Counted from the stretch's first letter, positions 40,413 through 53,492 are shown. The stretch: 64,000 nucleotides of DNA from Eledone cirrhosa (GCA_964016885.1 OZ024741.1:116436001-116500000), one strand, 5' to 3'. Numbers and translations are program-made. Notes: generated by a model not told the origin, from the letters alone.

Positions 40413-40574
40413 CAAATAATGTGTGCAAGAGGTTTCTCCATAAGAGATAAACAAGAATGTCCAGTTTGGAGTTCGATGTCTTTCCATGGAATACCGATAC
40501 GGTACATGTAGCTACGTTGCTTCATCAGGCGTCGGCAATTGAAGTCATCAGATACTCTGAGTACTTTGTTGACC
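40413..40574 (-). CDS. PUSL1: PUSL1 coding exon 5
   Basis: VNKVLRVSDDFNCRRLMKQRSYMYRIGIPW...; V..DF..R....R.Y.YRI TruA motif; ttttAG acceptor and GTaggt donor. Confidence 0.9.
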
Positions 40575-40656
40575 CTAAAATTATAATTTAGAAAAAGATA
40601 ATTGCTTTAGCAACCTCAAACCCATCCAATCATCTACTCCATCAGGGCACCTCAAT

Positions 40657-40862
40657 TTAATCCTTTAGCACTTAAACTGGCCATATCCGGCCAGAATTCT
40701 CTCACCTCTTTCTGTTCAAGCCGGCTACTCATACTTATGTTAAGGTATTGTTCTCAAAATAAATAATATGAAAATCTCATAGATTAGATATTATGTAAGG
40801 TAAAGCCTTTACTGTGAAAATATAATAGTAAATATAGAGTAATGTAAATGCTAAAGGGTTAA
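40657..40862. mobile_element. TTAA-flanked MITE family B (inverted copy 51001-51216, partial copy about 24810-24930)
   Basis: TTAA-TCCTTTAGCA ... TGCTAAAGGG-TTAA ends; interior shared among copies. Confidence 0.78.
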
Positions 40863-42342
40863 TTCTTTGTTACAATATTTCTAACAAAAGACACTGCCTA
40901 TAATTTATGAATAATTTTGGAGGGATTTAATAATATTCCTATCTCATTATTAATCTGTTGTTTGGAACATGACTTAACAAAGGTTCTTATATAAAGTTAT
41001 GATGGAAAGTGTTTTGATAAATATAAATATTGGTTCCTTTTGTTACCATCTTTCAGATGTTACTATAATTTTCAATTCATTTTTAAAATAATCAAGAATT
41101 TGAAAGGATTTAGTAATATAATTAACTTTCTCATTATTAAGCTGGTGTTTGGAACATAACTTAACGAAGGTTGTTACATAAAATTATGATGGCCGGTTTT
41201 CAAATAAATGTAAACAATTTATAAAATAAACAGCTGTGTATTGTTGAACCATGTAGTTCTGTATCAAAAGTAATTCCTTCCCCCTTAAAATGTGAATTTG
41301 GAAACAAATAAATAACATGGTTATTGAATTCAAATTTGCAGAATACTAGAAGTTAAAATCTTGAACCTTAAACTCCCTTTGGTCATGTCCAACCTGGAAA
41401 GTTACTCTCCAAGGTGCAAACCTGAGCAAGATGATTTGTAGAAAACCAGTAGTTTCTCATGTACACACATTTCTCCTCTCTACACCACTGATGTTATCCA
41501 AGAGAAAGGTAAATGCTGATACAGCTTGGCACCCGAGATATCACAGTTAAACTCATAAAGGGTTGAAAGAGATACAACATACCATCGCTGGCCCTCTAAC
41601 AATTCTGCTAATCCACCATCCATGAACAAACGAAAGGCAAAGCTGACCTCAGTTGAATTTGAACTAAGAGATCAGAGAGCTGGAATAAATACTGTGAAGC
41701 ACTTTAAATCTGTTGCTCAAATGATTTTGCCAATTCCCTGCTTTAAAATTTTAAGCACACAGACATGAACAAACAATGGTTTCGGCAATGAGAATTACAG
41801 TTGTTTAAACAACAAAGCAGCCTGCTCATGAAATTAACATGCCAGTGGCTGAGCATTCCCCAGTGTGACAAGGTTGGTCCACTGAAATACAGGTACTACT
41901 CATTTTTACCAGATAAGTGGACTGAAGCAATGTGAAATAAAGTGTCCTGCTCAACTACACTATATGCTACCAAGAAATGAACTCACAACTTTATGATCAT
42001 TTATTGGACACTCTAACCACTAAGCCATGCACATTCACACATCCAGATATATACTACAGAGAATTGCACACACACACATACACTAATAACACTACACAGC
42101 AATAAAATGCACCTAGAACATTCTGTAAAGAGGTATGCAACCAAAGATAACACTAGGTAGAACAATTTTTTTAGTCATGTTGAGGACATGACAACCTCTC
42201 TAGTGCTGGTGGTATGATATAATACACCCAGTATGCTCTGTAAAGTGGCTGGTGTTAGGAAGTACTATGCAAAGTCACCAACTAGAGGAAGATTATTTAA
42301 TGATACTGCTAACTCACCTGAAAATGATGCAAAAATACTGAC

Positions 42343-42420
42343 CGTATTGCTTCTCTTTTCCTCCTTAACCAAGTATTCAGTCCAAACTTCACATATTCTG
42401 GTTCAAATTCCAACTCATTC
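42343..42420 (-). CDS. PUSL1: PUSL1 coding exon 4
   Basis: caaAG|g...cg|GTcagt; NELEFEPEYVKFGLNTWLRRKREAIR (LN..L...I motif); phase 2/2. Confidence 0.82.
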
Positions 42421-43043
42421 CTTTGAAATATATAGGAATAAAAAAAAAATTAAATTAAATAAGATTGTTTTTTTTAACCCTTTTATCATATTTTTAACGA
42501 AAGACACAGTTTATGATTTTCGATCAAAATTTTGAGGGATTTAGTAGCATATTTAACTGATCTTTGGAATATAACTAAACTCTTGACATATTGTACCACA
42601 TGAAATTGCATCAAGGCATTCTTGAAAAGTACATAACAGTATTGATTGCATCACATTAAAAATTGAAGTCTTTAGTTTGTAGCAAATACACAACAATCTG
42701 TCCACTAGTAAATATACTGTAAACATTTGAATTAAGAAGCCAATTTTTAGGTGTTTTCTGCAAAATTATTACAGGATTTTAAAGTGAAGGTCCTATGATT
42801 TTCAGATAAATGTAAAGATAAATATCTTAAAACAGTTTTGCATCATAGAACCAAAGTCAGTTTCAGCTGGTTTGGTATCAAAGAGATTAAAGAGAAATCC
42901 TGGAAGGATAAAAGGTAAAGTTGACTACGGCAGGATTTGAAACTAGAATGTAAAGTGCCGTAATAAAATACTGCAAAGTAATTTGTCTGACACTCCAATA
43001 ATTCTGCCAATCCATCAACTAGTTTAATTAATAGGAGACTTAC

Positions 43044-43156
43044 TTGCGGAGAAGATCACAATGAAATGTATTTTGAAGGGCGTGTACACCAGCATCTGTA
43101 CGACTAGAAGTGTGTGTTTTCACTACATCTTTAGGATTTAGTGATTTCAGAGCAAC
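43044..43156 (-). CDS. PUSL1: PUSL1 coding exon 3, catalytic motif
   Basis: VALKSLNPKDVVKTHTSSRTDAGVHALQNTFHCDLLR; SSRTDAGVHA carries the TruA catalytic Asp; canonical splice sites. Confidence 0.95.
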
Positions 43157-45409
43157 CTGAAAGTTAAAACCATTTCGTCAGCATTTGGTTAGAAGTAATT
43201 TGAAGGTTTAAATAAATATAAAAAAGTTTTATAACAGAGTTTCTACTTATATGTAACCATACACCTAACAGATTTGCTGACATTATATAATTATTACTAA
43301 TTTATATTAACAACTGTAATCTTATCCACAGGAGAGTAGTAACTCCAAATATGAACTGATACTAGGTAGAGGTTGCATTAGTCCTGTTTAGAGAGGGTCA
43401 ATCTTTTTAGTGATAAAATGCACCTTGTAATCATGCCAAAACAAAATGCACGAACAAGATATGGACTAAGTATGATTCAACACAAACTCCTCATCTAGGA
43501 AAGTAGTAATGACTTAGAAGATATTTTTTGGAGGCATATTGGAGACAAGGGAGCATATTTGGAACCACAAGTTTGCGGAGTGAAATTTTTAACCCCACAA
43601 TCATGCTTGAGTAAAGTTAAATGTATTATTTCGAAACAATTTTCAAGAAATGAAAGACTTTGATACACACAATTTATTGACTATGTTAGTTATATAATTC
43701 TTGCTTTAATAGAACTGGAAAATTTTCTTTCTAAATGAGTGCACAGTTATGTGAAGGCCTATTGATTAATTTGTGATTCCATTCATGAAATTGACGATGC
43801 ATTTTGTATCCTTGGGCAAGACACTTTAGTTGCTGTTTATTTGGCGTTTCCTCCTGAAGAGAATATTGTACAACCAGTTGCCTAACACCAAAGTAACAGG
43901 GATAAGCTCTAGCTTGATGAGCCACTGAGCTTGGAACAGATCTTAATATGTATATATTTATAGGTATAGAAGCGGTCGTATCTAGAAATACGAAGTACTA
44001 CCACTTTTAATTTAGGATTGAAAAACTTGCTATTTGGAAAATAATTTTGTTATTGATTGCGATTAAAAAAAAATATTTGAACGGTGGAGCATAAATTATT
44101 AAAATGGTATAGACAGGGTTTTAATTATAGTCTCTTAATTTGTTGTTTACTGCTGTATTAATAGTTAAGTATTGCAAAAGGTTCCTATTTCATAAACTTT
44201 CAGAAATTATAACGAGGGAAGTAACTCTAAACTGACTAGTAGTAGGTTGCAATCTTAATGAGTCTTTTTGAAACTGAAGAGCGACATACTGGCGATCTCT
44301 TAATAAATTGGCTTCAGAAGTCTGAATTATATAACTAATGTAGATTATTAATTAGATTGTGTACATCCAAGTAATTCGTTGTTTGGCATTCTTTGTGTTT
44401 TTAAACAATATAGTTAACCTAACAAAATTATCTTTATAATAGTAGCACATATATTTATTCAACTCTATAGTGAGTTGAGATCCCTTGATTATCCACGCAA
44501 TTAAAACACTAAAATGCCATCTAGGAGAGTTTAAAATCTAAAAACAATCAGCAATATATTACATACGTGAGACCCTACTATATCTGTAGGCCTTCAAAGT
44601 GTTAAAGACACTCCAGTCACTAGCCTATCGGTTATTTTTTTCATCAAATATACTGTATTTTAATTAATGAAGATATATACTATTGGCCAGCTCTATACAG
44701 GCAACACATATTGTCCATTACTATTTATATGTCTTGCTTCTTGTTTTTAGATTTTAAACATTCCCAGAGGGAATTTTTGTCTACTAATTGCATGGATAAT
44801 CTCAGTTATAGAGGTTTTTCAGCTCACTAACTATAATATGAGACCCTACTGTAAATGATAAATCCTTAATTCTATATGTTATGGGGTTATAATGCAAAAT
44901 ATAACTCCATCATCAGTGTTCTATTTCACTTCGAACAGTTGCAAGTCCACAAGAGCAGGAGGAAAACATGGGCAGGGAGGAAACTCTGGTGAGGGGGAGT
45001 AATAATTAGTGCAAAGCCAACAGGAAAGGGAGTTAACACGTTATAAGTGTATCCTAATTTTTAGAATAGATACGCTGTATCAAGGTGTCGTAAGAGACAA
45101 CTAAAAGTGTTGGTGTCAGAAAAGGTATTTGGCTGCAAACCATTGTCGGAAAACATCACATCAAACCCATGTCAGCATGGAAAAATGGGCATAAAAAAAA
45201 TGATGATGATGATTTAAGTGAGTGTGAGCAGAAGTGACATCAGCCCATCAAGTTATGAGGAGCAGAGGCCATTGTGGTTGCAGTAGTAATATGAGAATGA
45301 GGCGACAACAGCAGGTGTGTGAGAGAGACAGAGGTTTGAGTGAGTGTGTTGGTGAACAACACCCTGCTAATCAGTCAAGTAGTTTAGTTCAGAAAGAAGG
45401 AAAACTTAC

Positions 45410-45473
45410 TTCTAATTGTTCCTGAATAGTCACTATCTTCTTGCTTTGGTTCAGACATTGTTTCTGGACACCA
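45410..45473 (-). CDS. PUSL1: PUSL1 coding exon 2
   Basis: ccacAG|t...gaa|GTaagt; (S)GVQKQCLNQSKKIVTIQEQLE matches the GxQ...TVQ..LE motif; phases fit. Confidence 0.88.
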
Positions 45474-45866
45474 CTGTGGCATGCAAAGAGAATCACTTAA
45501 AAATAAAATTCTTTCAACAGATATGTTGTATTGATGAAAAACAAAAAGCAAACAAAACAAGATAACCTCCCTAGTGTTGGTACGATAATGCTGAGGCCCT
45601 AAGCTATATGAAAGTAGAGGCAGTTCTCTAAAAAAATTAAAATTAATTATACCATTAATGTTTACAATATGTTTGAAAGACTCTCTTCTGAAAAGAAACA
45701 AATTGATTGAAACATCATGTATGATACAGTTGTCAAAGTATTTTACACTTGTCATTATTAATATGATTATTATTTTTTATATTAATGCTAATGATAAAGA
45801 ATATATATATATATATATGTCCAACCCATGCTAGCGTGGAAGATGGACATTAAACGATGATGATAT

Positions 45867-45900
<34 letters not shown>

Positions 45901-46218
45901 GATGGCTGCCCCCTCGTTATCGAGTGTGGCCATTGCACGAGAAAAAAATATAAATATATATATATATTAATAACAATAATAATAATTGTTTCTACTTTTT
46001 GGCACAAGGCCAGCAATTATCCCAGTACATTACTGGTACTTTATTTTATCGACCCCGTAAGGATGAAAGGCAAAGTTAACCTCGGTGGGAATTGAACTCA
46101 GATCGTAAAGGGACGTAACTATGCTGGAAAGCATAATCTAACCCTCTACCGATACTGCCAATTCACTAACAACAATAATAATATACATATATATATATAC
46201 ACACACACACGATAGCAA

Positions 46219-49200
46219 TTAACAGTGCTGTGATCGAATGTGGCTTTTTAGCCCAGCCAATGATCTAAAATGTCTTGCACAGAGTCGGCAACCAAAACAT
46301 TCACTGGAAATAGCCGGCTGTGGTTGGAGTTCATGTACTTTTGCATGTTGCTTGAGCCCTCCTGCTGATTTACATTCTCTACCACATGCTTGGCAAGCAT
46401 GATGAGTAGCATCTCCAACAGCAGCCTGGTAATCAACCACTGGTCTTATTTTATGACTGCGAAGATGACTTTTGAGTCCAGCTTTGCTTAGGCAGAGTCT
46501 CGCACAGACGCTGCATGTCAGCACCATAGGAGGACCCTCACCGTCTGGAAGTGCAACAGCAATGCCCTTCCTCACATCCCGCTTTACTTTCTCGTATGTA
46601 ATTCAAGATGCCTCAAAGGCAACTTTTCCCTCATATACAGTCTTTCTCCATTTATTACGATCAGCAGCAACATTTTCTCATGTATCAGCAGAGATGTTAC
46701 CTCTTTTTTGATTTATGTGGCGGTCGTTTTTCTTTAACTAACTCTCCATAAAAGAGTTGTTTTGGTATTCTAGAATCCTTCATCCTGGCAAGGTGACCAC
46801 TCCAACGGAGTCGTTGCTTAAGCACAAGAGCTTCTATACTGTCACACATAGAGCTTTCCAAAATCTCGACATCACTGATGTGGTCCCTCCAGTGAACGCC
46901 ATGGATCCGTCTGAGACACATCTGATGGAAACGCTCCAATTGCTTAAGGTGGTGTCGATATGTGACCCAGGTCTCGCAGGCATAAAGAAGAGAAGAGAGC
47001 ACACATGCCTTGTACACCTTTACCTTTGTCTTCTTGCACATGTCTCGCCAACCCCAGAGTTGCCTTTCTAGCTTTCCGAAAGCATCACTTGCTTTCCTAA
47101 TCCTGAGTGGAATTTCACTATCAAGGTTGCTGTATCTATTGACAGTGCTTCCCAGGTAGACAAACTGATCAACCACTCCAAGTCGTTTACCATACACATA
47201 GATATTTGGTTCACTGTACTGCTTACCAGGGGCAGATTGGTACATGACAACAGTTTTCTTGAGAGTGACAGTCAATCATAGGGCAGTGCAAGCATCAGAA
47301 AATGCATTCAAAATGTGCTGCATATCACTCTCTGTGTGCGCTACAAGATCGCAATCATCTGCATACAAGAGGTCTCTTATGATTGATGTAAATACTTTTG
47401 TCTTTGCAGCAAAGCGCCTGATGTTAAATATGCTGCCTGAGGTTCGATATCAGATGTAAACACCATGCTCGCAATTCCTGAATGCAATACAGAAAACCAT
47501 TGCAAAGTATATGGCAAACAGGGTCAGTGCTGGAATATCCCTGTTTCACTCCATTTTTTACTGAGATAGGCTCCGACATTAACCCAAGCCTTTATATCAT
47601 CATGGAAAGACCTAACTAAAGCAAGGAACTTATCAGGGCAACCAAGTTTCTGGAGAACCTTCCATAATGCATTTCTGTTAACAGTATCGAAAGCTTTTGT
47701 CAGATCGACAAAAACCTGATACAGATCCAAACCTTGTTCTATGCACTTCTCCTGGAGCTGTCTAGCTGAGAAGATCATATCAGTAGTGCCGCGTCCAGCA
47801 CGAAAACCAGATTGACTTTCAGGAAGAACACAATCTGCAATGTGTGTCAGCAGACGGTCCAGAAGCACCCTACATAAAACTTTCCCTACGACAGAAAGCA
47901 ATGATATACCTCTGTAGTTCCCACAATCATTCCTGTTACCCTTTCCCTTGTACAAGACCACCATTACTGCATCTCTCCAGTCCTCAGGTACAGATTCATT
48001 AGCCCATATGCTGCCAAACAAAGAGTGAAGATGTTGCAGGAGTCTCTCACCACCATATTGTAGGTGCTCAGCATGTATGCCATCCATACCTGGAGACCTT
48101 CCACTGTTCAGCTTCAAGATAGCCACTGCAACCTCCACAAGCGTCGGAGGTTCTGCGAGAGCTACTTTCACAGGACTTTCTGGAATGAGATTGAGGAAAT
48201 CTTCATTGACGACAGACGGCTGATTCAAAAGATCATCAAAGTGTTCTCGCCACCTTCGTAGAATTCCTTGAGTCACGAAGAAGTTCTTTGCCATCCTTGC
48301 TGTGAAGCGGTGTCACCAGAGAAGAAGACGGTCCATAAACTTCACGCAAGAGACTGTACAATGGCTTTGTGTTATTGGAATCTCATCAGCCTTCTCACTC
48401 CACCACTGATCCTTCATCTGATTTCACATCCTTGAGTTCCTTATGCAACGTATTCTTCTCCTGTGGTTTTGCCGTCAAGTAGCATGACAGAGCGCGCCTC
48501 TTATCAGCCAACAAGTCTTCTATATGTACATCATTCTCATTAAACCAGTCCTGATGTTTTCTCTGCACCAATCCCAGAACACGCCTGCCTACATCATAAA
48601 CCGACTTTTTAAGGGTCAGCCAATCCTCACCAAGATCTGCAACCTGCATCTCTTCTTGCAATGTCCTCTTCACATTTTTATCCTTAAGACGAGCAGCATT
48701 TAATCTTCTAGGCGGGGCAACACCAGGAGCCCGGATTTTACATTTAGTGATTAGTTTCACTTTTGCGCGTACCAGGCGGTGGTCCATCCAGCACTCAGCT
48801 CCACGAAGAGCACGCACATCCTGTCTGTCATGCATCCTGACTAGGATGTAGTCCAAAAGATGCAGGATGCATCCATGTGGTCTTGAATTTGTTCTTTTGT
48901 TGGAACATGGTGTTGGTAACACACAGATCCAGCTCCTCACACATCTGCAGCAGGAGCATACCATTGTTGTTACACTTTCCCACCCCATGCCTTCCGATTA
49001 CATTCCATGTATTAAAATCCCTACCCACTCTAGCATTAAAGTCACCAAGCACGATGACTTTGTCTGCCTGAGGGATATTTCTTAAAATACCTTTCAAGGC
49101 ATGGTAAAAGGATACTTTTTCTTCATCGACAGAATTCATAGTTGGAGCATACACTCACCAGGGTCGCAATCCTTCCTTTGTCCAGCGGAATTCTCATGGA

Positions 49201-49520
49201 CATAAGACGCTCACTAATCCCTACTGTGAATTCTTCTAATTTATTCACAAGAACAGTCTTAACAGCAAATGCTACCCCAGCCTCTCTTTTGGTTCCTTCA
49301 TCTCTTCCTTTCCAGAAGAATGTATATTCTCCTCAAAATGTCCAGCTAACCTCGTCTCAGATAAAGCCACGATGTCAAGATTGTAACATCGAAGCTCCTT
49401 TGCAACAAGAGTGGTCCTTCGTTCAGGACACTCTAAGGAATCCCTGTCAAGCAGCGTCCATACCTTCCACCACTAAATACCTTATTTGGCTCTATTACAG
49501 TGGCACGATGACGAGCGGCC
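46219..49520 (-). mobile_element. Near full-length decayed RTE-type LINE (APE + RT + three C2H2 fingers)
   Basis: YAPT, VIVLGDFNARVG, LLDYILV..DH (APE); NYRGISLL, ESQSGFR, FVDLTKAFD, LLYADD (RT); three CxxC-x12-HxxxH motifs at the C-terminus (the third with x4 His spacing). Confidence 0.92.
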
Positions 49521-49683
49521 CCAGGCTGTGATAACCTGGGGCCCCTGCCCTTATTGCCAATTATCTTTTTTGTTCCAGAACCTTTATTGCCAATTATCTC
49601 TTTTATATTGTTTTGGAACATCATTGAATTTAAAAAAAAAAATAAATAATAATAATAACAACAATAATAATAATAATAATAAT

Positions 49684-50185
49684 TTCTGAGAAGTGGTATG
49701 AGCATAAGCCAGAGTCAATGATAGAAAACGATCAGGTGAAGGTGCAATGGGATTTTAGGATACAGACGGACAAGAAACTGGAACACAATAGACCTGACCT
49801 GGTGGTTTTGGACAAGGAAAAAAGATTGTGCCTGATTGTAGATATAGCCTGCCCATTCGACACGAGAGTGCAAGAGAAGGAGAGGGAGAAAATTAACCGA
49901 TACCAGGACTTAAAGTGGGAGGTAAAAAGGATTTGGAACTGCCATGAAGTCAAAGTGGTCCCGATTGTCATAGGCGCACTAGGTACTATCTCAAAGAGTT
50001 TCCAGGGATGGTTAAAGAAGATTAGTCCAGCCCCGATTTTTGGAACACTTCAAAAGGCATGCTTGCTGGGAACAGCAAGAACCCTCCGATACGTCCTGAA
50101 TATCTGAGGCTGCAGGTAGTGGCTTGATATTCATTTCAACAAACTTTCCAGTTGAATAACATCAATGACTGACACTCAAAGAACA
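49684..50185 (+). mobile_element. 3' fragment of an R4/Dong-type non-LTR element (restriction-like endonuclease)
   Basis: EKWYEHKPE...WDFRIQTDKKLEHNRPDLVV...IVDIACPFD...EKINRYQDL...LQKACLLGTARTLR; flanked by (TAA)n on both sides. Confidence 0.88.
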
Positions 50186-50464
50186 ATAATAATAATAATA
50201 TACATACATATATATATATATATATGTATGTATGTGTATATATATATATATATATATATAGATATGTATGTGTATATATATGTACAGATACACATATATA
50301 TAAATACATACATATATATATACATACATATATAGATTAAAGTTTAAGCAAAGAATCACTGCTTTCACCCTTAACGGGATCTTCTGAAGATCTCGTTAAG
50401 GGATACATACATATATATATAGGTTCAGGCCAGTGGCAAGGTGTAGAGCTAAACAGAGTGTAAT

Positions 50465-50767
50465 ATAATAATACAGGGACAATTTGTTAAGCCTTCATTA
50501 CGTTTATTGATTAGTGACGCATGTTTCGCTATTGATCAGCTCAAGGTTTAATCTGTATCGATCTGGCCCGACTCTGGAATCAAAAGCTTGTCAGACCTCT
50601 GCTGTTGTAATGACAGAATCATTACAACAGCAGAGGTCCGACAACCTTTTGATTCCAGAGTAGGGCCAGTTCGATACAGATCAAACCTTGAGCTGATCAA
50701 TAGCGAAACGCGCATCACCAATCAATAAACGTAAGGAAGGCTTAACAAATCGTCCTTGTATTATTAT
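50465..50767. repeat. 303-bp inverted repeat (149-bp arms, 5-nt loop)
   Basis: Arms align without indels, 12 mismatches by manual count; loop CAGAA at 50614-50618. Confidence 0.95.
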
Positions 50768-52801
50768 TATTATATATATATATAAAACTTTTGATGATTT
50801 AAACTTAATGATACAATAAAAATATATTTTAAAAAAATTAGGCCCTGAGTGTGTGGCTCTAAGCTATAGCTTATAGGCAAGTCCATCACTGGCGCCATAA
50901 TAAAACTCTGAAGTGGCTGGCATTTATCCAGTTAACATAGAGTAGAGAGAACTTTTCGGCCATGACCAGAACCTGGCAATCTATCAGTGCTGCTACCACA
51001 TTAACCCTTTTGCATTTACATTAGTTTATATTTACTATTGTATTTTCACAGTAAACACTTTATCTCACATAATATCAAATCTACGAGATTTTGATATTAT
51101 TTATTTTGAGAACAATATCTTAACATAAGTATGAGTGACCAGTTATGGCCAGTTTGAACAGAAAGAGCTTAGAGAATTATGGTCGGTTATGGCCAGTTTA
51201 AACGCTAAAGAGTTAAAATGCACCCAGTACATAAAATGGCTGACATTAGGAAGGGCATTCAGATGTAGAAACCATTCCCAAAAGGTAGAGAGGATTTTTC
51301 AGGCACATCAAGGGTACAATAACCTCTCTAGTATTTGTGTCGCAATAAAATGCACCTAGTATACATTGTAAAGCAGTTGGTATTAGGAAGGGCATCCAGT
51401 CATAGAAATTATAACAAAAATAGAATGTATGTAAGAAAGACATAGCGGCAATGAAGTACTTAATTAAGTACTGACTTTGAAACAACCTCATGTAAGCATG
51501 GAAAAATGGATGTTAAACAGTGATGATGATGGTGGTCAACCCATGCCAGCATGGAAAAACATATAAAATGATGATGATGAAACGTAGATGTATTTTTCAG
51601 TTTGATATCCTGAGTTGCTGTATTGGCTTAGTGTATGTTATCTAAGACTGTGTTGCAATTTACATCAGACCAATCTTGATGATATTTTGTTTTTCCTCCA
51701 ATGATTTCTTAATTCATACCAATTCCCGAGGTGATAAGTTCCACTGAAGCCTTCAGTTTGACAGCTAGAGTGACAGTTGTGCAGTTTGCAGCAATTGAGA
51801 ATCTTCAGTGTCTTAACCATTTCCTAATCATATTTCTAATAAAATACACCACATTTCAATTAATTAATGAAGCATTTGGGGAGGTTTACAAAAATAATAT
51901 TAATCATTTCGTTAATAAGATATTTGTAACATAGTTTAATAAAAGGTTCTGATACAAATTTATGTAGGGAGATTTTAATTCAAGTAAGACAGCAATGTGT
52001 TCAGCTGTGGCAGAACCACATCTAGCCAAGCTTTGTAGCTGACACTCTTGTGGATACGATAAGAAAGAATTCAAATAGGAATCCTTCAAAATCTGTGGTT
52101 TTGTTTCATAAAAGCAAATGCAGTTTTAGACGGTATGGTATTAAAAAAGGTTAAAGGGCATATTTGCAATCTGACATCTTTTAATGTGATAGTATTTCCA
52201 ACACTCAGCTCCTTTCATTTCACATGTATGTGTATAACATCTTTAAGGTCTATACACTTGACCATAATGTAAACAAGTGTTTGGATCTGGGATGCATCTA
52301 TAGGGGTCTTGTATTTCTTCTTCTGATGGAAGGTAGTGTTGATAATGGTGAAGTTATGCACATTGCAGAGATTGAAGTCTGCAGTAATTATCGATAGCTA
52401 TACATTATGGTTCTAGACTCTGCTTATTCCTCCACACTCTTGCATTAAAATCATCCATTTAAATGACTGTGCTATTTTGGAATGTTAGTTGGTACCTGAT
52501 CTGGTGACTTATAGAACTAGTTTTTATACTGACAATAAATACATTTTCTTTATTCGAGATCTATTGTCAGCTATACCCTAGGTTTTTATGTAAGCCATTG
52601 CGGCATTGTCTCCCTTGGACACCAATTACACTAACAAGATTAATGTAACGGAGTTATTTCCATTATATTCAAAGTTAAAGAAAACAAACTTGATTTTGTC
52701 TTTCACACCTTTGGATCAATAAAACAACCAGCAACTAACAATACTTAAAAAAAAAAGTTATTCCACTCTATGTTAATCACTTACAAAACTTAACCTTGTC
52801 T

Positions 52802-52840
<39 letters not shown>

Positions 52841-53361
52841 AACGTGTTTCCCTGTTAGCATGGGTTGGACGGGTCTTCACAGACTTAGTCTGAGCTACTG
52901 ATCTCTCAGAAGAGTCGGGGACGCATCTCGCACGTTACATAGTATACTGAGTGCATTTTATCGTGCCACCAGCACTAGGGAGGTTGCCATGTATCGATAT
53001 TACTGAAGAGTCCATTATATCTTTTGTGTGCCAAGTTTTCTACGGTTAGATGCCTTTCCTATCACCAACCGCTTACTGGGGTATACTGAGTGCGTTTTAT
53101 CGGGCACCAACACTAGAGAAGTTGTCATGCTTATATATATATATATAAGTTGGGTGAAGACAACGGAAGAAGAAACGAAACACAAGATCGTCCTTTATCA
53201 GTCGACCTCTGGAGGTTTTTGTGACTTCAGTACACATTTGTTAACAAAGAATGTTTACGTCGAAGGTTCTCCGAATTAAAAAGTGACTATTAAAAACAAA
53301 TACACTATTAAAAAGAAGTACACAATATACGAGTCCTTCATTTAGTTTATTAAACAAACTC

Positions 53362-53404
<43 letters not shown>

Positions 53405-53492
53405 TAATGTGCGTGTCCGTATGTTTTAAAAGAAATAATACAGTTAGTAGAAGGAAGAGAGACATCAAAGAAATGAATAGTGGTTTTATTAC

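Noticed and set aside
46219-46575. Host C2H2 zinc-finger gene
   Set aside because: Contiguous with the LINE RT C-terminus and lacks TGEKP linkers
52575-52631. Candidate PUSL1 exon 2 (VIGVQGRQ...)
   Set aside because: Weak splice sites; 45410-45473 fits the motif and phase far better
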